Below, piece after piece: positions 9,769 through 19,229 of a DNA stretch of 64,000 bases. The notes beneath the pieces are model-generated. The model saw only the letters and a list, made by a program, of their open reading frames with translations. It was not told where the DNA came from and ran no database searches. The stretch comes from Waddliaceae bacterium (GTDB lineage Bacteria > Chlamydiota > Chlamydiia > Chlamydiales > SLFE01). The position numbers and the translations under genes are program-made. The stretch is taken from the NCBI GenBank assembly GCA_963771045.1, contig CAVYRW010000004.1:1792001-1856000 (forward strand), in the 5' to 3' direction. Position 1 is the first letter of the stretch. Each line of letters begins with the position of its first letter.

Positions 9769-11595
9769 CTATTCCACAGTGACGGATTTGGCGAGGTTGC
9801 GGGGCTGGTCGATTTCGCAGCCGCGCTCAAGAGCCGAGTAGTAAGCGAAGAGCTGGCAGGCGACAGCTGCGGGTATGACGGCCAGTTCATCAATCGTTTG
9901 AGGAACAGCAATGATGTCATCGGCCACTTCTTCAATCCCTTCCATACCCTCTTCGCAAATCGCGATAACCGGACCGCTTCTGGCTCTCACTTCCATCAGA
10001 TTGCTTAGCATTTTTTCCAGCGTGAATTTGTCACTGCAAAGCGCCGTTGTGAGGCAGTCGGGATTGATCAGGGCGATCGGACCGTGCTTCATCTCGCCGG
10101 CAGGATAGCCGTTGGCGTTGACATAGGCGATTTCTTTGAGTTTAAGCGCCCCTTCCAAGGCTCCGGGGAGCATATAACGCCTTCCTAAAAAGAAAAAGTT
10201 GTTTAAGTTCTTATATTTCTTGGCAATCTGATGGATTTGTTCGGACTTGCTGAGTACGGCTTCGACTTGATCGGGAATTTTTTTCAAATGCTTGAGGAAC
10301 TCCCGCCCGTCTTCCTTTGTCATATTCCGCATTCTGGCAAGCATGAGGGTAAAAAGGGAAATCACAGCCACCTGGCTGGTAAAAGCTTTAGTCGAACAGA
10401 CTCCGATTTCCACTCCCGCCCTGAGATAAAGGCAGCTGTCGGCCTCCCGGGCAATCGAAGAGTCGTGAACGTTGCAAACGGCCAACACCGTGGCCCCTTT
10501 GGCTTTCAGCTCCCGAAAAGCAGCTAGCGTATCGGCCGTCTCCCCCGACTGGCTGATGGCGATGACGAGTGTGCCATTTGGAACAATGGGATTCTTATAC
10601 CGGTATTCCGACGAGATTTCCACTTGGGTGGGGATGCGGGCAATTTCTTCGAGCATATATTCGCCGATAAAACCCGCGTAATAGGAGGTGCCGCAAGCCA
10701 AAATGATGATACGCTCGACAGAGAGAAGTTTCGACATGTCGATATGAAGGGAGTCAAACTGCGCTGTTCCATACTCTTCGATGCACCTGCCCGCAAGAGC
10801 CGACCGAAGAGCCTGGGGCTGTTCAAAAATCTCTTTAAGAGTATAGTGTTCAAAATTTCCAAGAGACACTTCTTCTGCGGCTCCGATCAACTCTTTTGTC
10901 TCTTTTGAAATCTGGTTCGAAGACGAATCGTAGATCCTGTATCCGTCTTGTTTGACGACAGCCACTTCGCTGTTTTCCAAAAAAACAACTTTGTGGGCAT
11001 CTCCTCCAAAGGCGTGGAGGTCCGAGGCGACAAACATCTCTTTGTTTCCAATGCCAATCGCAAGAGGCGACTGATGCCCGATGCCGATAATTTGATCGGG
11101 ATGATCTTTATGGATCAGCGCAATAGAGTAAGATCCTTTTAGTAGAGGCAGCGCCTTTTGAACGGCCAGCAAAATATCGCCTGAATAAAAATCGGCGATC
11201 AAATGGACAATCACTTCTGTATCGGTTTCGGAAACAAAAACCACGCCTTTTTTCTTGAGCATATTCCGCAGACTGGAATGATTTTCGATAATTCCGTTGT
11301 GCACAAGAGCCAAAGACCCACTGCTGTCTAAATGGGGGTGGGCATTTTCTTTGGAAGGCTTTCCATGCGTGGCCCAGCGGGTTTGAGCGATCGCGATATC
11401 CAGCGACATTTTGCTTTGCCGCACTTCTTTTTCCAATTCGGAAATCTTGCCGATCTGTTTGCAATAAAGAAGCTTGCCGCCGTGGATTCCCGCAATCCCC
11501 GAAGAATCGTACCCTCGATACTCAAGCCGCTTAACGCCTGCTAAAGTAATGTCTACGACGTTTCTGGGACCAACGTATCCAAAGATTCCGCACAT
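9769..11595 (-). CDS. glmS: Glutamine--fructose-6-phosphate aminotransferase
   Basis: N-terminal MCGIFG, RLEYRGYDS, TRWATHG, SQSGETADT; C-terminal PRNLAKSVTVE. Confidence 0.98.
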   Translation of the reverse strand: MCGIFGYVGPRNVVDITLAGVKRLEYRGYDSSGIAGIHGGKLLYCKQIGKISELEKEVRQSKMSLDIAIAQTRWATHGKPSKENAHPHLDSSGSLALVHNGIIENHSSLRNMLKKKGVVFVSETDTEVIVHLIADFYSGDILLAVQKALPLLKGSYSIALIHKDHPDQIIGIGHQSPLAIGIGNKEMFVASDLHAFGGDAHKVVFLENSEVAVVKQDGYRIYDSSSNQISKETKELIGAAEEVSLGNFEHYTLKEIFEQPQALRSALAGRCIEEYGTAQFDSLHIDMSKLLSVERIIILACGTSYYAGFIGEYMLEEIARIPTQVEISSEYRYKNPIVPNGTLVIAISQSGETADTLAAFRELKAKGATVLAVCNVHDSSIAREADSCLYLRAGVEIGVCSTKAFTSQVAVISLFTLMLARMRNMTKEDGREFLKHLKKIPDQVEAVLSKSEQIHQIAKKYKNLNNFFFLGRRYMLPGALEGALKLKEIAYVNANGYPAGEMKHGPIALINPDCLTTALCSDKFTLEKMLSNLMEVRARSGPVIAICEEGMEGIEEVADDIIAVPQTIDELAVIPAAVACQLFAYYSALERGCEIDQPRNLAKSVTVE

Positions 11596-12971
11596 TATGA
11601 ATGTTTTCCTATTGATTTTTCGACGCTATGAGCAATGCTTGCCACATGTTTTTCAACAATTTTGCCAACAGGCCCCTCAACCATAACGCGGCAAATATTT
11701 TCCGTTCCCGAATAACGGACCAGCACCCTTCCATTGCCCGCGAGTTCTTTTTCTACACGTTCAATTTCCCGCTGCACATCTTTCAATTTTTCCAAAGGAG
11801 GCTTTGAGGAGATCTCGACATTTGCCAAATGCTGGGGATGCAATTTAACCTGCTGCTTCAATTCTGAGAGAGGCACCTCCTTTTCAATCATGATGCTTAG
11901 TACCTGAAGCGCAGCAATCAAAGCGTCCCCTGTTGTGTTGTGCTCAAGGCAGATGATGTGCCCGCTTTGTTCGCCCCCTAAAATGGCATCGCTGCCCTGC
12001 ATGTCCTGAATCACATAGCGGTCCCCGACTTTTGACTGGATCACATCGATTCCCGCCTCCTTCAACGAACGGATCAAACCGAAGTTACTCATCACTGTTG
12101 TCACCACCCGGTTATTCTTGAGCAGCCCTTTTTCTTTGAGATCCAAGGCAAGGATGCCTAAAATCACATCCCCGTCGACAATTTGGGCTTTTTCATCCAC
12201 CAAAATCACCCGGTCGCCGTCGCCATCGAGAGCAATTCCCACATGAGCGTGATGATCGATAACTCTTTTTTGCACCAGTTCCAGATGGAGCGATCCGCAG
12301 CCCAGATTAATATTCAGACCATTAGGTTCGATGCCGTAAGAATGAATTTCGGCTCCGAGTTCCCAAAATACATGAGGCGCAATTCGGTAGCTCGCTCCGT
12401 TGGAACAATCCAGAACAATCCTCATATTATTGAGCGTCATCTGCTTGGGAAACGTCGATTTCACAAACTCCGTGTACCTTCCATCAGCGTCGCGCACCTT
12501 GGCATTCCTGCCGATATCCTGATCCGTAGGCAGATCGCTGTCAAAATTATTCCTGTAAACAATCTCTTCGATTTCTTTTTCGATTTTGTCGGCAAGCTTG
12601 AAACCCTCCGAAGAAAAGAATTTGATCCCATTGTCGTAGAAAGGATTATGCGAGGCGGAAATCACAATGCCTGCATCGGCCCGGTAGGCCCTTGTGATAA
12701 ACGCCACCCCCGGCGTCGGGAAAGGGCCCAGCATCAGCGTATCAACGCCCATAGAGCAGAGTCCGGAGATCAAGGCATTTTCAAACATATAACACGAAAG
12801 CCTGGTATCCTTTCCGATCACGACTCTATGCCTTCCGTCATGACGGCGGAAGATCCTCCCCGCGGCTCTGCCGAGAGCCAGCGCCACTTCGACCGTCATA
12901 GGAAAGTAATTCGCCTTTCCTCTGACACCGTCGGTTCCGAAAATTCTAACTTTTTCCTTTCCACGCCTCAT
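11595..12971 (-). CDS. glmM: Phosphoglucosamine mutase
   Basis: FGTDGVRG, ISASHNP, DGDGDR, GGEQSGH, RYSGTE; stop overlaps the glmS start. Start position uncertain (12971-13010). Confidence 0.97.
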   Translation of the reverse strand: MRRGKEKVRIFGTDGVRGKANYFPMTVEVALALGRAAGRIFRRHDGRHRVVIGKDTRLSCYMFENALISGLCSMGVDTLMLGPFPTPGVAFITRAYRADAGIVISASHNPFYDNGIKFFSSEGFKLADKIEKEIEEIVYRNNFDSDLPTDQDIGRNAKVRDADGRYTEFVKSTFPKQMTLNNMRIVLDCSNGASYRIAPHVFWELGAEIHSYGIEPNGLNINLGCGSLHLELVQKRVIDHHAHVGIALDGDGDRVILVDEKAQIVDGDVILGILALDLKEKGLLKNNRVVTTVMSNFGLIRSLKEAGIDVIQSKVGDRYVIQDMQGSDAILGGEQSGHIICLEHNTTGDALIAALQVLSIMIEKEVPLSELKQQVKLHPQHLANVEISSKPPLEKLKDVQREIERVEKELAGNGRVLVRYSGTENICRVMVEGPVGKIVEKHVASIAHSVEKSIGKHS

Positions 12972-13035
12972 ATATTCTTTAAAATTAATGGATATCCTTC
13001 TCATAATCAAGGAAAATTTAAGCTAAGATCCTGAT

Positions 13036-13064
13036 TTGACTTTATACTCATTTTCCTTTAAATT
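13036..13064 (+). promoter_or_regulatory. Putative sigma66 promoter for the pcnB operon
   Basis: TTGACT-N17-TAAATT, upstream of AAGGAG and GTG 13096. Confidence 0.4.
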
Positions 13065-13095
13065 AAGGGGTTTGTAAGGAGAAGAAGCCCCTCAC

Positions 13096-14358
13096 GTGGA
13101 ACCGAACATTTATTTATTTGAAGATCATGGCATAAATCACCACTTCATCGATCCGGACGCTTTATTTATCGTCAACAGACTGAGAGACTCAGGTTTTACC
13201 GCATACCTTGTCGGCGGATGCGTCCGCGATATCCTCGTCAATGAAAAACCGAAAGATTTTGATATTTCCACATCGGCGCTGCCCGAACAACTCAAGCAGA
13301 TTTTTAAGAAAAACTGCCTGCTTATCGGCCGCCGCTTCCGCCTGGCCCATATCAGATTCGGAAAAAAAGTTTTTGAGGTCTCCACTTTCCGCGCAGGAAA
13401 TATCGAAGAGAGCGAACTCATCGTGCGCGACAACGAATGGGGAACACCGAAAGAAGACGCGATCCGAAGGGATTTTAGCATCAACGGCCTTTTTTACGAC
13501 CCCTACCACCAGACCGTCATCGATTATGTCAACGGCTGGGAAGACCTGAAACAGGGCATTATACGCTCCATCGGCAATCCCGATACACGCTTTAAGCAAG
13601 ATCCGGTCAGAATGATACGCCTTTTGAAGTTCCAGGCGCGATTTGACTGGAAAATCGACCCTGAATGCCTTAAAGCTCTGGAAAATTGCCGCGAGGACAT
13701 CAAAAAAAGCGCCCCCGCGCGTATTTTGGAAGAACTGCTGAGAATGCTTGAATCGGGACATGCCGCCGAATTTATCCGGCTTTTGTCCGAGCATGAAATG
13801 CTGGGACTTCTTATCCCGAAACTCGAAGAGTTCCTCAAAAGCCCTGAGGGACAGCAGGTTTTCAATTATCTCGAAACCATTGACGAAATCCATCGCCGCA
13901 ATCCAAAGGTCAAACTCAAACGCTCCCTTCTCATCGGATGCCTGATTTTTCCTTTTGTCCAAAAAGACGTCGAAGAGAGGTTTTTGAAGTCGGGAAAAAC
14001 CCCAAATCTCGGCGAACTGACGATACTTGTCGGTTCTTCAATTCGGGAATTCATGGCTTTGAGCTTTACCCATTTTCCGAAAAAACTGTCGGCTGCCGCG
14101 ACTTATATCATCACAACCCAATACAGGCTGACTCCTCTGGAAAAGAAAAAAAAGACTAGGTTCAAATTCCTTCATGACAAGGATTTTCCTCTTGCGTTAA
14201 AGTTCCTAAAGATTCGGGTCCTCATCGACGAAGAGCTTGCCGAAATCTATTTCAATTGGGAAAATATGGTTAAAAAGATAAAGCACCACCATCCCGAAAG
14301 AAAAACCAAATATGCGTCCAGACAGAGAGGAAAAAAAAGTGACCGAAGATCAAATTGA
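13096..14358 (+). CDS. pcnB: Poly(A) polymerase (class II nucleotidyltransferase)
   Basis: VGGCVRD, KDFDIST, the PAP-specific LIGRRFRLAHI signature, RRDFSIN, DPVRMIR. Confidence 0.93.
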   Translation: MEPNIYLFEDHGINHHFIDPDALFIVNRLRDSGFTAYLVGGCVRDILVNEKPKDFDISTSALPEQLKQIFKKNCLLIGRRFRLAHIRFGKKVFEVSTFRAGNIEESELIVRDNEWGTPKEDAIRRDFSINGLFYDPYHQTVIDYVNGWEDLKQGIIRSIGNPDTRFKQDPVRMIRLLKFQARFDWKIDPECLKALENCREDIKKSAPARILEELLRMLESGHAAEFIRLLSEHEMLGLLIPKLEEFLKSPEGQQVFNYLETIDEIHRRNPKVKLKRSLLIGCLIFPFVQKDVEERFLKSGKTPNLGELTILVGSSIREFMALSFTHFPKKLSAAATYIITTQYRLTPLEKKKKTRFKFLHDKDFPLALKFLKIRVLIDEELAEIYFNWENMVKKIKHHHPERKTKYASRQRGKKSDRRSN

Positions 14359-15100
14359 ACTGGAAACCGGCCAAACGTTTTATTTTGCCGGCCCCCCTCT
14401 TGAGCGCGGCCCTCTGCCTGCTTTTTTTTATTTTTCTTTATCCGGCCAAGACAGTCTAAACCTGGAACCCTATAACCAGCCTGCCGCCTATGCTGCAAGT
14501 GAAAGTTTAAGAGTTTTCTCCACAAGCCTCCCCTTCCACGACGATTACGATAAAAAAGAGGTGATGAGCAAATGGGCCGAAGAGATTGCAAGCAATCGCG
14601 ACTTCCTCACTCCTTTTCTTGATAAGACCCATCAATCACTTCTTAAACTGATAGAGATGAGCACAGTCGACCCTGCGCATTTAGCTGTCGGGGGTCTTTC
14701 CCGCGGAAGTTTAATCGCCGCCCATTTAGCGGCGAGAGAAAAACAGATCCATTCCGCCGTACTGTTCGCTCCCCTCACAAGGCTGAAAGGGTCGGCCAGC
14801 TTTTCCCATTTGAATGAAAGCCCCATAATGGAAAACCAAAGCCTTTTTTCTCTCATTCCCAAACTGCGCCGCACAAACATCCGGATCTACATAGGAAACC
14901 GGGATGTCATGGTAGGAACGTCCAACGCCTACGATTTCATCAGGCAATTGACCGACGAGGCCTTTGAGGCGGGAGTTCGATCCCCGCCAGCAGAACTCAT
15001 TATCAGCCCTTCAATCGGATATAAAGGGCATGGCACCCCCTCCCATATCTTTGAAGAGGGGGCCGGGTGGATCGCAGCAAAACTAGAAGGAAAAGCATGA
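14339..15100 (+). CDS. Alpha/beta-hydrolase fold protein
   Basis: GLSRG nucleophile elbow, GNRD acid, C-terminal GHGT His; GTG start inferred. Confidence 0.7.
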   Translation: MTEDQIELETGQTFYFAGPPLERGPLPAFFYFSLSGQDSLNLEPYNQPAAYAASESLRVFSTSLPFHDDYDKKEVMSKWAEEIASNRDFLTPFLDKTHQSLLKLIEMSTVDPAHLAVGGLSRGSLIAAHLAAREKQIHSAVLFAPLTRLKGSASFSHLNESPIMENQSLFSLIPKLRRTNIRIYIGNRDVMVGTSNAYDFIRQLTDEAFEAGVRSPPAELIISPSIGYKGHGTPSHIFEEGAGWIAAKLEGKA

Positions 15101-15804
15101 AATATTCACTTGTCATCCCATTAAAAGACGAAGAGAGCAATATTGAAGAACTGGTTGCCGAAATCGAACCTGTCATGGAAAGTTTAAGCCAGCCGTGGGA
15201 GATGATTTGCATTGACGACGGGTCGAAAGACAAAACGCTGCCTCTTTTGGAGCGGCTCCAACAGACAAGACCCCATCTGCAGATACTCTCTTTTGACCAA
15301 AACTACGGCCAGACAAGCGCTTTCGACGCCGGTTTCCGGAAGGCAAGAGGCGAATTTGTCATCACCTTGGATGGAGACCGCCAAAACGATCCCGCCGATA
15401 TTCCCCTCCTCATTTCATCAATGAACGGCTTTGATCTGATTTGCGGACAACGGGTCGCAAGAAAAGATCCCTTGACGAAAAAAATCATCTCGACCATCGC
15501 CAACTCTGTCAGAAGCCGGATGTGCAAAGACGGCATCTCGGATACAGGCTGCTCACTCAAGATTTACCGCAGCTGCTGCTTAAAAGAAATTCCTCTTTAT
15601 GAAGGGATGCACCGATTTCTACCGGCGCTGTTTCTCATTTACGGCTTCAAAGTAGGAGAGGTCCCAGTAAGCCACCGAGAAAGGACTCAAGGGCTGACGA
15701 AATACAATATTTTTAATCGCTCGCTCAATACCATTTTCGATATGTTCGCCGTCCGCTGGATGGCCAAGAGACATCTCGGATACAAAATCAAAGACGCCTC
15801 ATGA
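15097..15804 (+). CDS. GT2 polyprenyl-phosphate glycosyltransferase (ArnC/DPM1-like)
   Basis: IDDGSKD, NYGQTSA, TLDGDRQNDP, DTGCSLK, GMHRFLP; ATGA coupling on both sides. Confidence 0.9.
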   Translation: MKYSLVIPLKDEESNIEELVAEIEPVMESLSQPWEMICIDDGSKDKTLPLLERLQQTRPHLQILSFDQNYGQTSAFDAGFRKARGEFVITLDGDRQNDPADIPLLISSMNGFDLICGQRVARKDPLTKKIISTIANSVRSRMCKDGISDTGCSLKIYRSCCLKEIPLYEGMHRFLPALFLIYGFKVGEVPVSHRERTQGLTKYNIFNRSLNTIFDMFAVRWMAKRHLGYKIKDAS

Positions 15805-16496
15805 TTGCCGAGTGGAGAGATTTTGCCTACCCCCTCGGTTTCATGGCCAATCTCTGTTTCTTTTTACGATTTATCTACCAGTGGGGAAACAGCGAACTCA
15901 AAAAAAAGAGCATCGTCGATCCAACCTTTTGGAAAATCTCGCTGTTTGGCAACACCATTATGGTCCTCCATACTATGATCCAGCTGCAACTCGGCGTCCT
16001 GCTGATCCAAACCGTAAACGGCATGATCTCCTGGCGCAATCTCAACCTGATGAAAGAGCCGAAAAAGCAGTGGACTTTTCGCTCGACTACCCTGATTTTC
16101 ATTGCGACGATAGCGTTGGCGGCGATATGTTTTCTCCTGCAATGCCGCTTCCAAGGAACATTTATCTTTGCGAGAACTCCTCAATTCCTCGGAAGGATGG
16201 CTGCCCACCCCCTTCCTCTTACCTGGCATATTTTTGGAATGGGCGGAGCTACTCTTTTTGCCAGCAGATTTTGGATTCAATGGTGGTGCTCGGAAAAACG
16301 GCAAAAAAGCACTCTTGGAAAATCCTTTTGGTGGATCAGCCTGATAGGCGCTGCCATATCGTCGGTTTATTTCATCATGATGGCCGATGTTGTCAATTTT
16401 ATCGGGCCTGCAATTGGCATGATTCCGTATATAAGAAATTTAATTTTAATCAAAAAACAACAAGTCTATGACATCGATCTTCTTGCTGGCGGCTGA
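15801..16496 (+). CDS. Lipid A biosynthesis N-terminal (LAB_N) domain membrane protein, two repeats
   Basis: Two copies of the RF..QW..SE..K.S....FW..SL.G pattern (RFIYQWGNSELKKKS / RFWIQWWCSEKRQKS). Confidence 0.88.
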   Translation: MIAEWRDFAYPLGFMANLCFFLRFIYQWGNSELKKKSIVDPTFWKISLFGNTIMVLHTMIQLQLGVLLIQTVNGMISWRNLNLMKEPKKQWTFRSTTLIFIATIALAAICFLLQCRFQGTFIFARTPQFLGRMAAHPLPLTWHIFGMGGATLFASRFWIQWWCSEKRQKSTLGKSFWWISLIGAAISSVYFIMMADVVNFIGPAIGMIPYIRNLILIKKQQVYDIDLLAGG

Positions 16497-17589
16497 AGCC
16501 AGCGCAGACCTAATGGGAAGCCGCCTCATCCCCGCTCTTAGAGACATTGATCCCTCGGCTGTTATCTGGGGCGTGGGGGGACCAAAAATGCGCAAAACAT
16601 TTTTCGAGTCCCTGATTCCCATGGAAGAGTTCCAGATGATGGGTTTCAAAGACTGCTTGACAAGACTGCCGACATTGATCCATCAGCTAAGAACCCTTCG
16701 CAACCAGATTCTCGACCGCAAACCAGGCATAGTCGTCCTGATCGACTACCCCGGATTTAACCTCCGTCTTGCTAAAAGCTTGAGAAAGCATGGCTACAAG
16801 GGAAAAATTGTCCAATACGTATCGCCGACGGTTTGGGTCTGGGGAAAAAAACGAATTGAAGTCATCGCCAATTACTATGACCAACTCCTGTGCATCCTTC
16901 CCTTTGAACCACCCCTTTATGCCCATACAAATCTCGACGTCCGCTATGTTGGCCACCCCATTGTCGAGGCCATCGACTGGTATCGAAAAAATCCGTACGC
17001 CCCTTCAAATAAAAAAATCCTGGCCCTTTTCCCCGGCAGCAGGCACGCGGAAATCCGCAATAATTTTTCCCTCCAGCTAAACGTCGCCAAAGGCCTGATC
17101 CCGAAATATTCCAATATGGAAGTCGCCGTATCGTGCTCCCAGCAGCAATACCGCCCTCTCATCGAACAAATGCTTGCGGACGAAAACATGGAAAACCACA
17201 CTTCGATTGTTGATGACAACTATGCGCTTATGGAAAGCTGCCATGCGGCGCTTGCCAAATCGGGAACCGTGACCCTGGAACTTGGCCTCTTCAACAAGCC
17301 CGCCGCTATCGTCTACCAGGTCGATAGGATCAACCGCTTTATTGCTAAACACATCGTCCGTCTCAACCTCTCCCATGTCGGCATTGTCAATATTCTGGCC
17401 AAAAGGACCGTTCAACCCGAATTCGTCCTTGAACCTTTCACTCTGGACCAACTCATTGAATCGGTGGACAATCTCATAAGCAATGAAAACACTCGCCGCA
17501 CATATCTGGAAGGCTGCCGTAAAGCGGCAGATATTCTCGGCCAAAAAAAAGCCAGCCTCGAAGCTGCCAGCGCGATTATGAATGGTTAG
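16468..17589 (+). CDS. lpxB: Lipid-A-disaccharide synthase
   Basis: AAEASAD, IDYPGFN, YVSPTVWVW, ILPFE, YVGHP, LFPGSR, AKSGTVTLE. Confidence 0.96.
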   Translation: MTSIFLLAAEASADLMGSRLIPALRDIDPSAVIWGVGGPKMRKTFFESLIPMEEFQMMGFKDCLTRLPTLIHQLRTLRNQILDRKPGIVVLIDYPGFNLRLAKSLRKHGYKGKIVQYVSPTVWVWGKKRIEVIANYYDQLLCILPFEPPLYAHTNLDVRYVGHPIVEAIDWYRKNPYAPSNKKILALFPGSRHAEIRNNFSLQLNVAKGLIPKYSNMEVAVSCSQQQYRPLIEQMLADENMENHTSIVDDNYALMESCHAALAKSGTVTLELGLFNKPAAIVYQVDRINRFIAKHIVRLNLSHVGIVNILAKRTVQPEFVLEPFTLDQLIESVDNLISNENTRRTYLEGCRKAADILGQKKASLEAASAIMNG

Positions 17590-17632
17590 ACAAGCTGACT
17601 CACAGTTACTTGTAGAAATTTGATATTTACTC

Positions 17633-17661
17633 TTGACGTAACACGTAACACCAGGTATCAT
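17633..17661 (+). promoter_or_regulatory. higBA promoter
   Basis: TTGACG-N17-TATCAT, 6 nt before ATG 17668; a tandem ACGTAAC repeat overlaps the -35 box and spacer. Confidence 0.6.
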
Positions 17662-17667
17662 AATAAT

Positions 17668-17946
17668 ATGATTCGAACTTTTCGATGCAAGAAAACGCAA
17701 ATGGTCTACGAAGGAAGGAATGTTAATCAATGGAAATCGATCTCTAAGCAAATTGAAAAGAGATTACAAATTTTAGACAGTGCGACATCCTTAACTGACT
17801 TACAAAGCTTACCAAGTAATCTTTTTGAATCTCTTTAGGGGAAGAGAAAAGGTCAGTATGGCATAAGAATTAATATACAATGGAGAATCTGTTTTAAATG
17901 GATTGATAGTGAACCCCATGATGTTGAAAGCGTGGATTATCATTAA
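17668..17946 (+). pseudogene. higB: HigB (RelE/ParE superfamily) toxin with internal amber stop
   Basis: MIRTFRCKKT...LPSNLFESL*GKRKGQYGIRINIQWRICFKW...VDYH; one in-frame TAG at 17836-17838 in a 93-codon frame. Confidence 0.88.
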
Positions 17947-17954
17947 AGAGGTTT

Positions 17955-18260
17955 ATGATGAATAACAAAATGCGTCCTATACATCCCGGAGAAATTTTGA
18001 AAGATGAGCTTAGAGAGCTTGGACTCTCAGCCAGAGCTTTTGCCAAAAAATTATCCGTTCCGGTCAATCGCATCACCTCGATTTTAAATAAAAAAAGATC
18101 CGTTACTGCCGATACTGCATTAAGGCTTTCCAGATATTTTGGAACAACGCCTGAATTTTGGCTCAATCTTCAAGTTTCTTATGATTTAAAGATTGTTCAA
18201 AGAAAGAAAGGCAAGAAAATTCTCAAGGAAGTCATTCCTTGCGATGAAGAAGCCGCTTAG
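17955..18260 (+). CDS. higA: HigA family antitoxin (HTH)
   Basis: IHPGEIL, TADTALRLSRYFGTTPEFWLNLQ. Confidence 0.95.
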   Translation: MMNNKMRPIHPGEILKDELRELGLSARAFAKKLSVPVNRITSILNKKRSVTADTALRLSRYFGTTPEFWLNLQVSYDLKIVQRKKGKKILKEVIPCDEEAA

Positions 18261-18292
18261 CTCGTACTTTTCACACGATACACAAGGAAATT

Positions 18293-18452
18293 GTAAGCAT
18301 TCGGCGATCTACGTCCCTAGAGAACGAAGCGCGGACAACGGTATGCAAGGCGTCCGATACAGGCAACCCCTCCATGGGATTGCCGAAGCAGGCGGGCGCA
18401 GCAGACCGGAAGCCCCCGCAAGTTATCTAGGGATGTAGGTCGCCGAATATTT
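18293..18452. repeat. 160-bp rod-like palindromic element (MITE-like or structured RNA)
   Basis: 23-bp arms 18299-18321 and 18426-18448 pair fully (2 G-U on the + strand); inner stems GCGTCCG/CGGGCGC and GGCAACCC/GGGATTGCC; begins GTAAGC like IS66 ends. Confidence 0.75.
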
Positions 18453-18538
18453 GTAAGCGTCAATTAAACCCATCTTCTTTCTGATTTTCTTTCCGGTTAT
18501 TCTTTCCTCAAAACTCGATAAAGAAGGGGAGGAAAGAT

Positions 18539-18856
18539 ATGCACAATGAACTATCGGATACAGCTTTGGTTTGGAAAGATAGAATCCAAGATTGGCAGGC
18601 TAGCGGTAAGTCTTTAGCTCAGTGGAGCAGAGAAAATAATTTCGTCTATTCTCGCACCGTTTATTGGAAGGTGCGGTTCTTGGGATCTCAAAGCGAGAAA
18701 CATTCATCTCCGAAAGGATTCTTGGAATTAAAGGATGAGAGTCGACCCGATGCCGGAATCATTATCGAAACGGCTGCAGGCCGCATCCATCTTTCAACTA
18801 ACTTTGACCAATCTACGCTTGCTCGATGCCTGGAACTTTTAGGAAACCTATGCTGA
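18539..18856 (+). CDS. tnpA: IS66 accessory protein TnpA
   Basis: WKDRIQDWQASGKSLAQWSRE HTH-like segment; first ORF of the IS. Confidence 0.85.
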   Translation: MHNELSDTALVWKDRIQDWQASGKSLAQWSRENNFVYSRTVYWKVRFLGSQSEKHSSPKGFLELKDESRPDAGIIIETAAGRIHLSTNFDQSTLARCLELLGNLC

Positions 18857-19185
18857 CAATCACAGGAAATGCTCGTATTTTTGTCTTCGGCGAGCCGGTT
18901 AACATGAGAAAGAGTTTCGAGGGTTTATGCGCTATCGTAGAGCAATCCTTGGAAGAGCCGACATCAGGTGCTTTCTTTGTTTTTCTCAATCGCCAGCGCA
19001 ATAAAATGAAAGTGCTCTACTGGGATAATGACGGTCTTGCGATCTGGTATAAGTGTCTTGAAAAAGGACGCTTTCCTCTTAAAGCTTCCGGAAAAATTGC
19101 CATGAACAGGAGGGATTTTTTCATGATGCTTGAAGGCATTATTCCCAAGCGGATCAGCACCCGATTTTTTCTCGAAAAAACTTAA
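18850..19185 (+). CDS. tnpB: IS66 accessory protein TnpB
   Basis: PVNMRKSFEGL, FVFLNRQRNKMKVLYWDNDG, LEKGRF. Confidence 0.92.
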   Translation: MLTITGNARIFVFGEPVNMRKSFEGLCAIVEQSLEEPTSGAFFVFLNRQRNKMKVLYWDNDGLAIWYKCLEKGRFPLKASGKIAMNRRDFFMMLEGIIPKRISTRFFLEKT

Positions 19186-19229
19186 ATATTTCCTTTTTTT
19201 AGAGAGTGTTTTTTGGTAAAATATGGACT

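Noticed and set aside
12183..13034. 283-aa ORF on the + strand
   Set aside because: Antisense shadow of glmM with no motifs. The same applies to 13189-13962, 33240-33950, 43098-43955 and most short track ORFs.
18385..18420. SRP RNA-like GCAGCAGACCGGAAG
   Set aside because: The GGAA is not closed by a helix-8 stem and the AGCAG lies on the wrong side.
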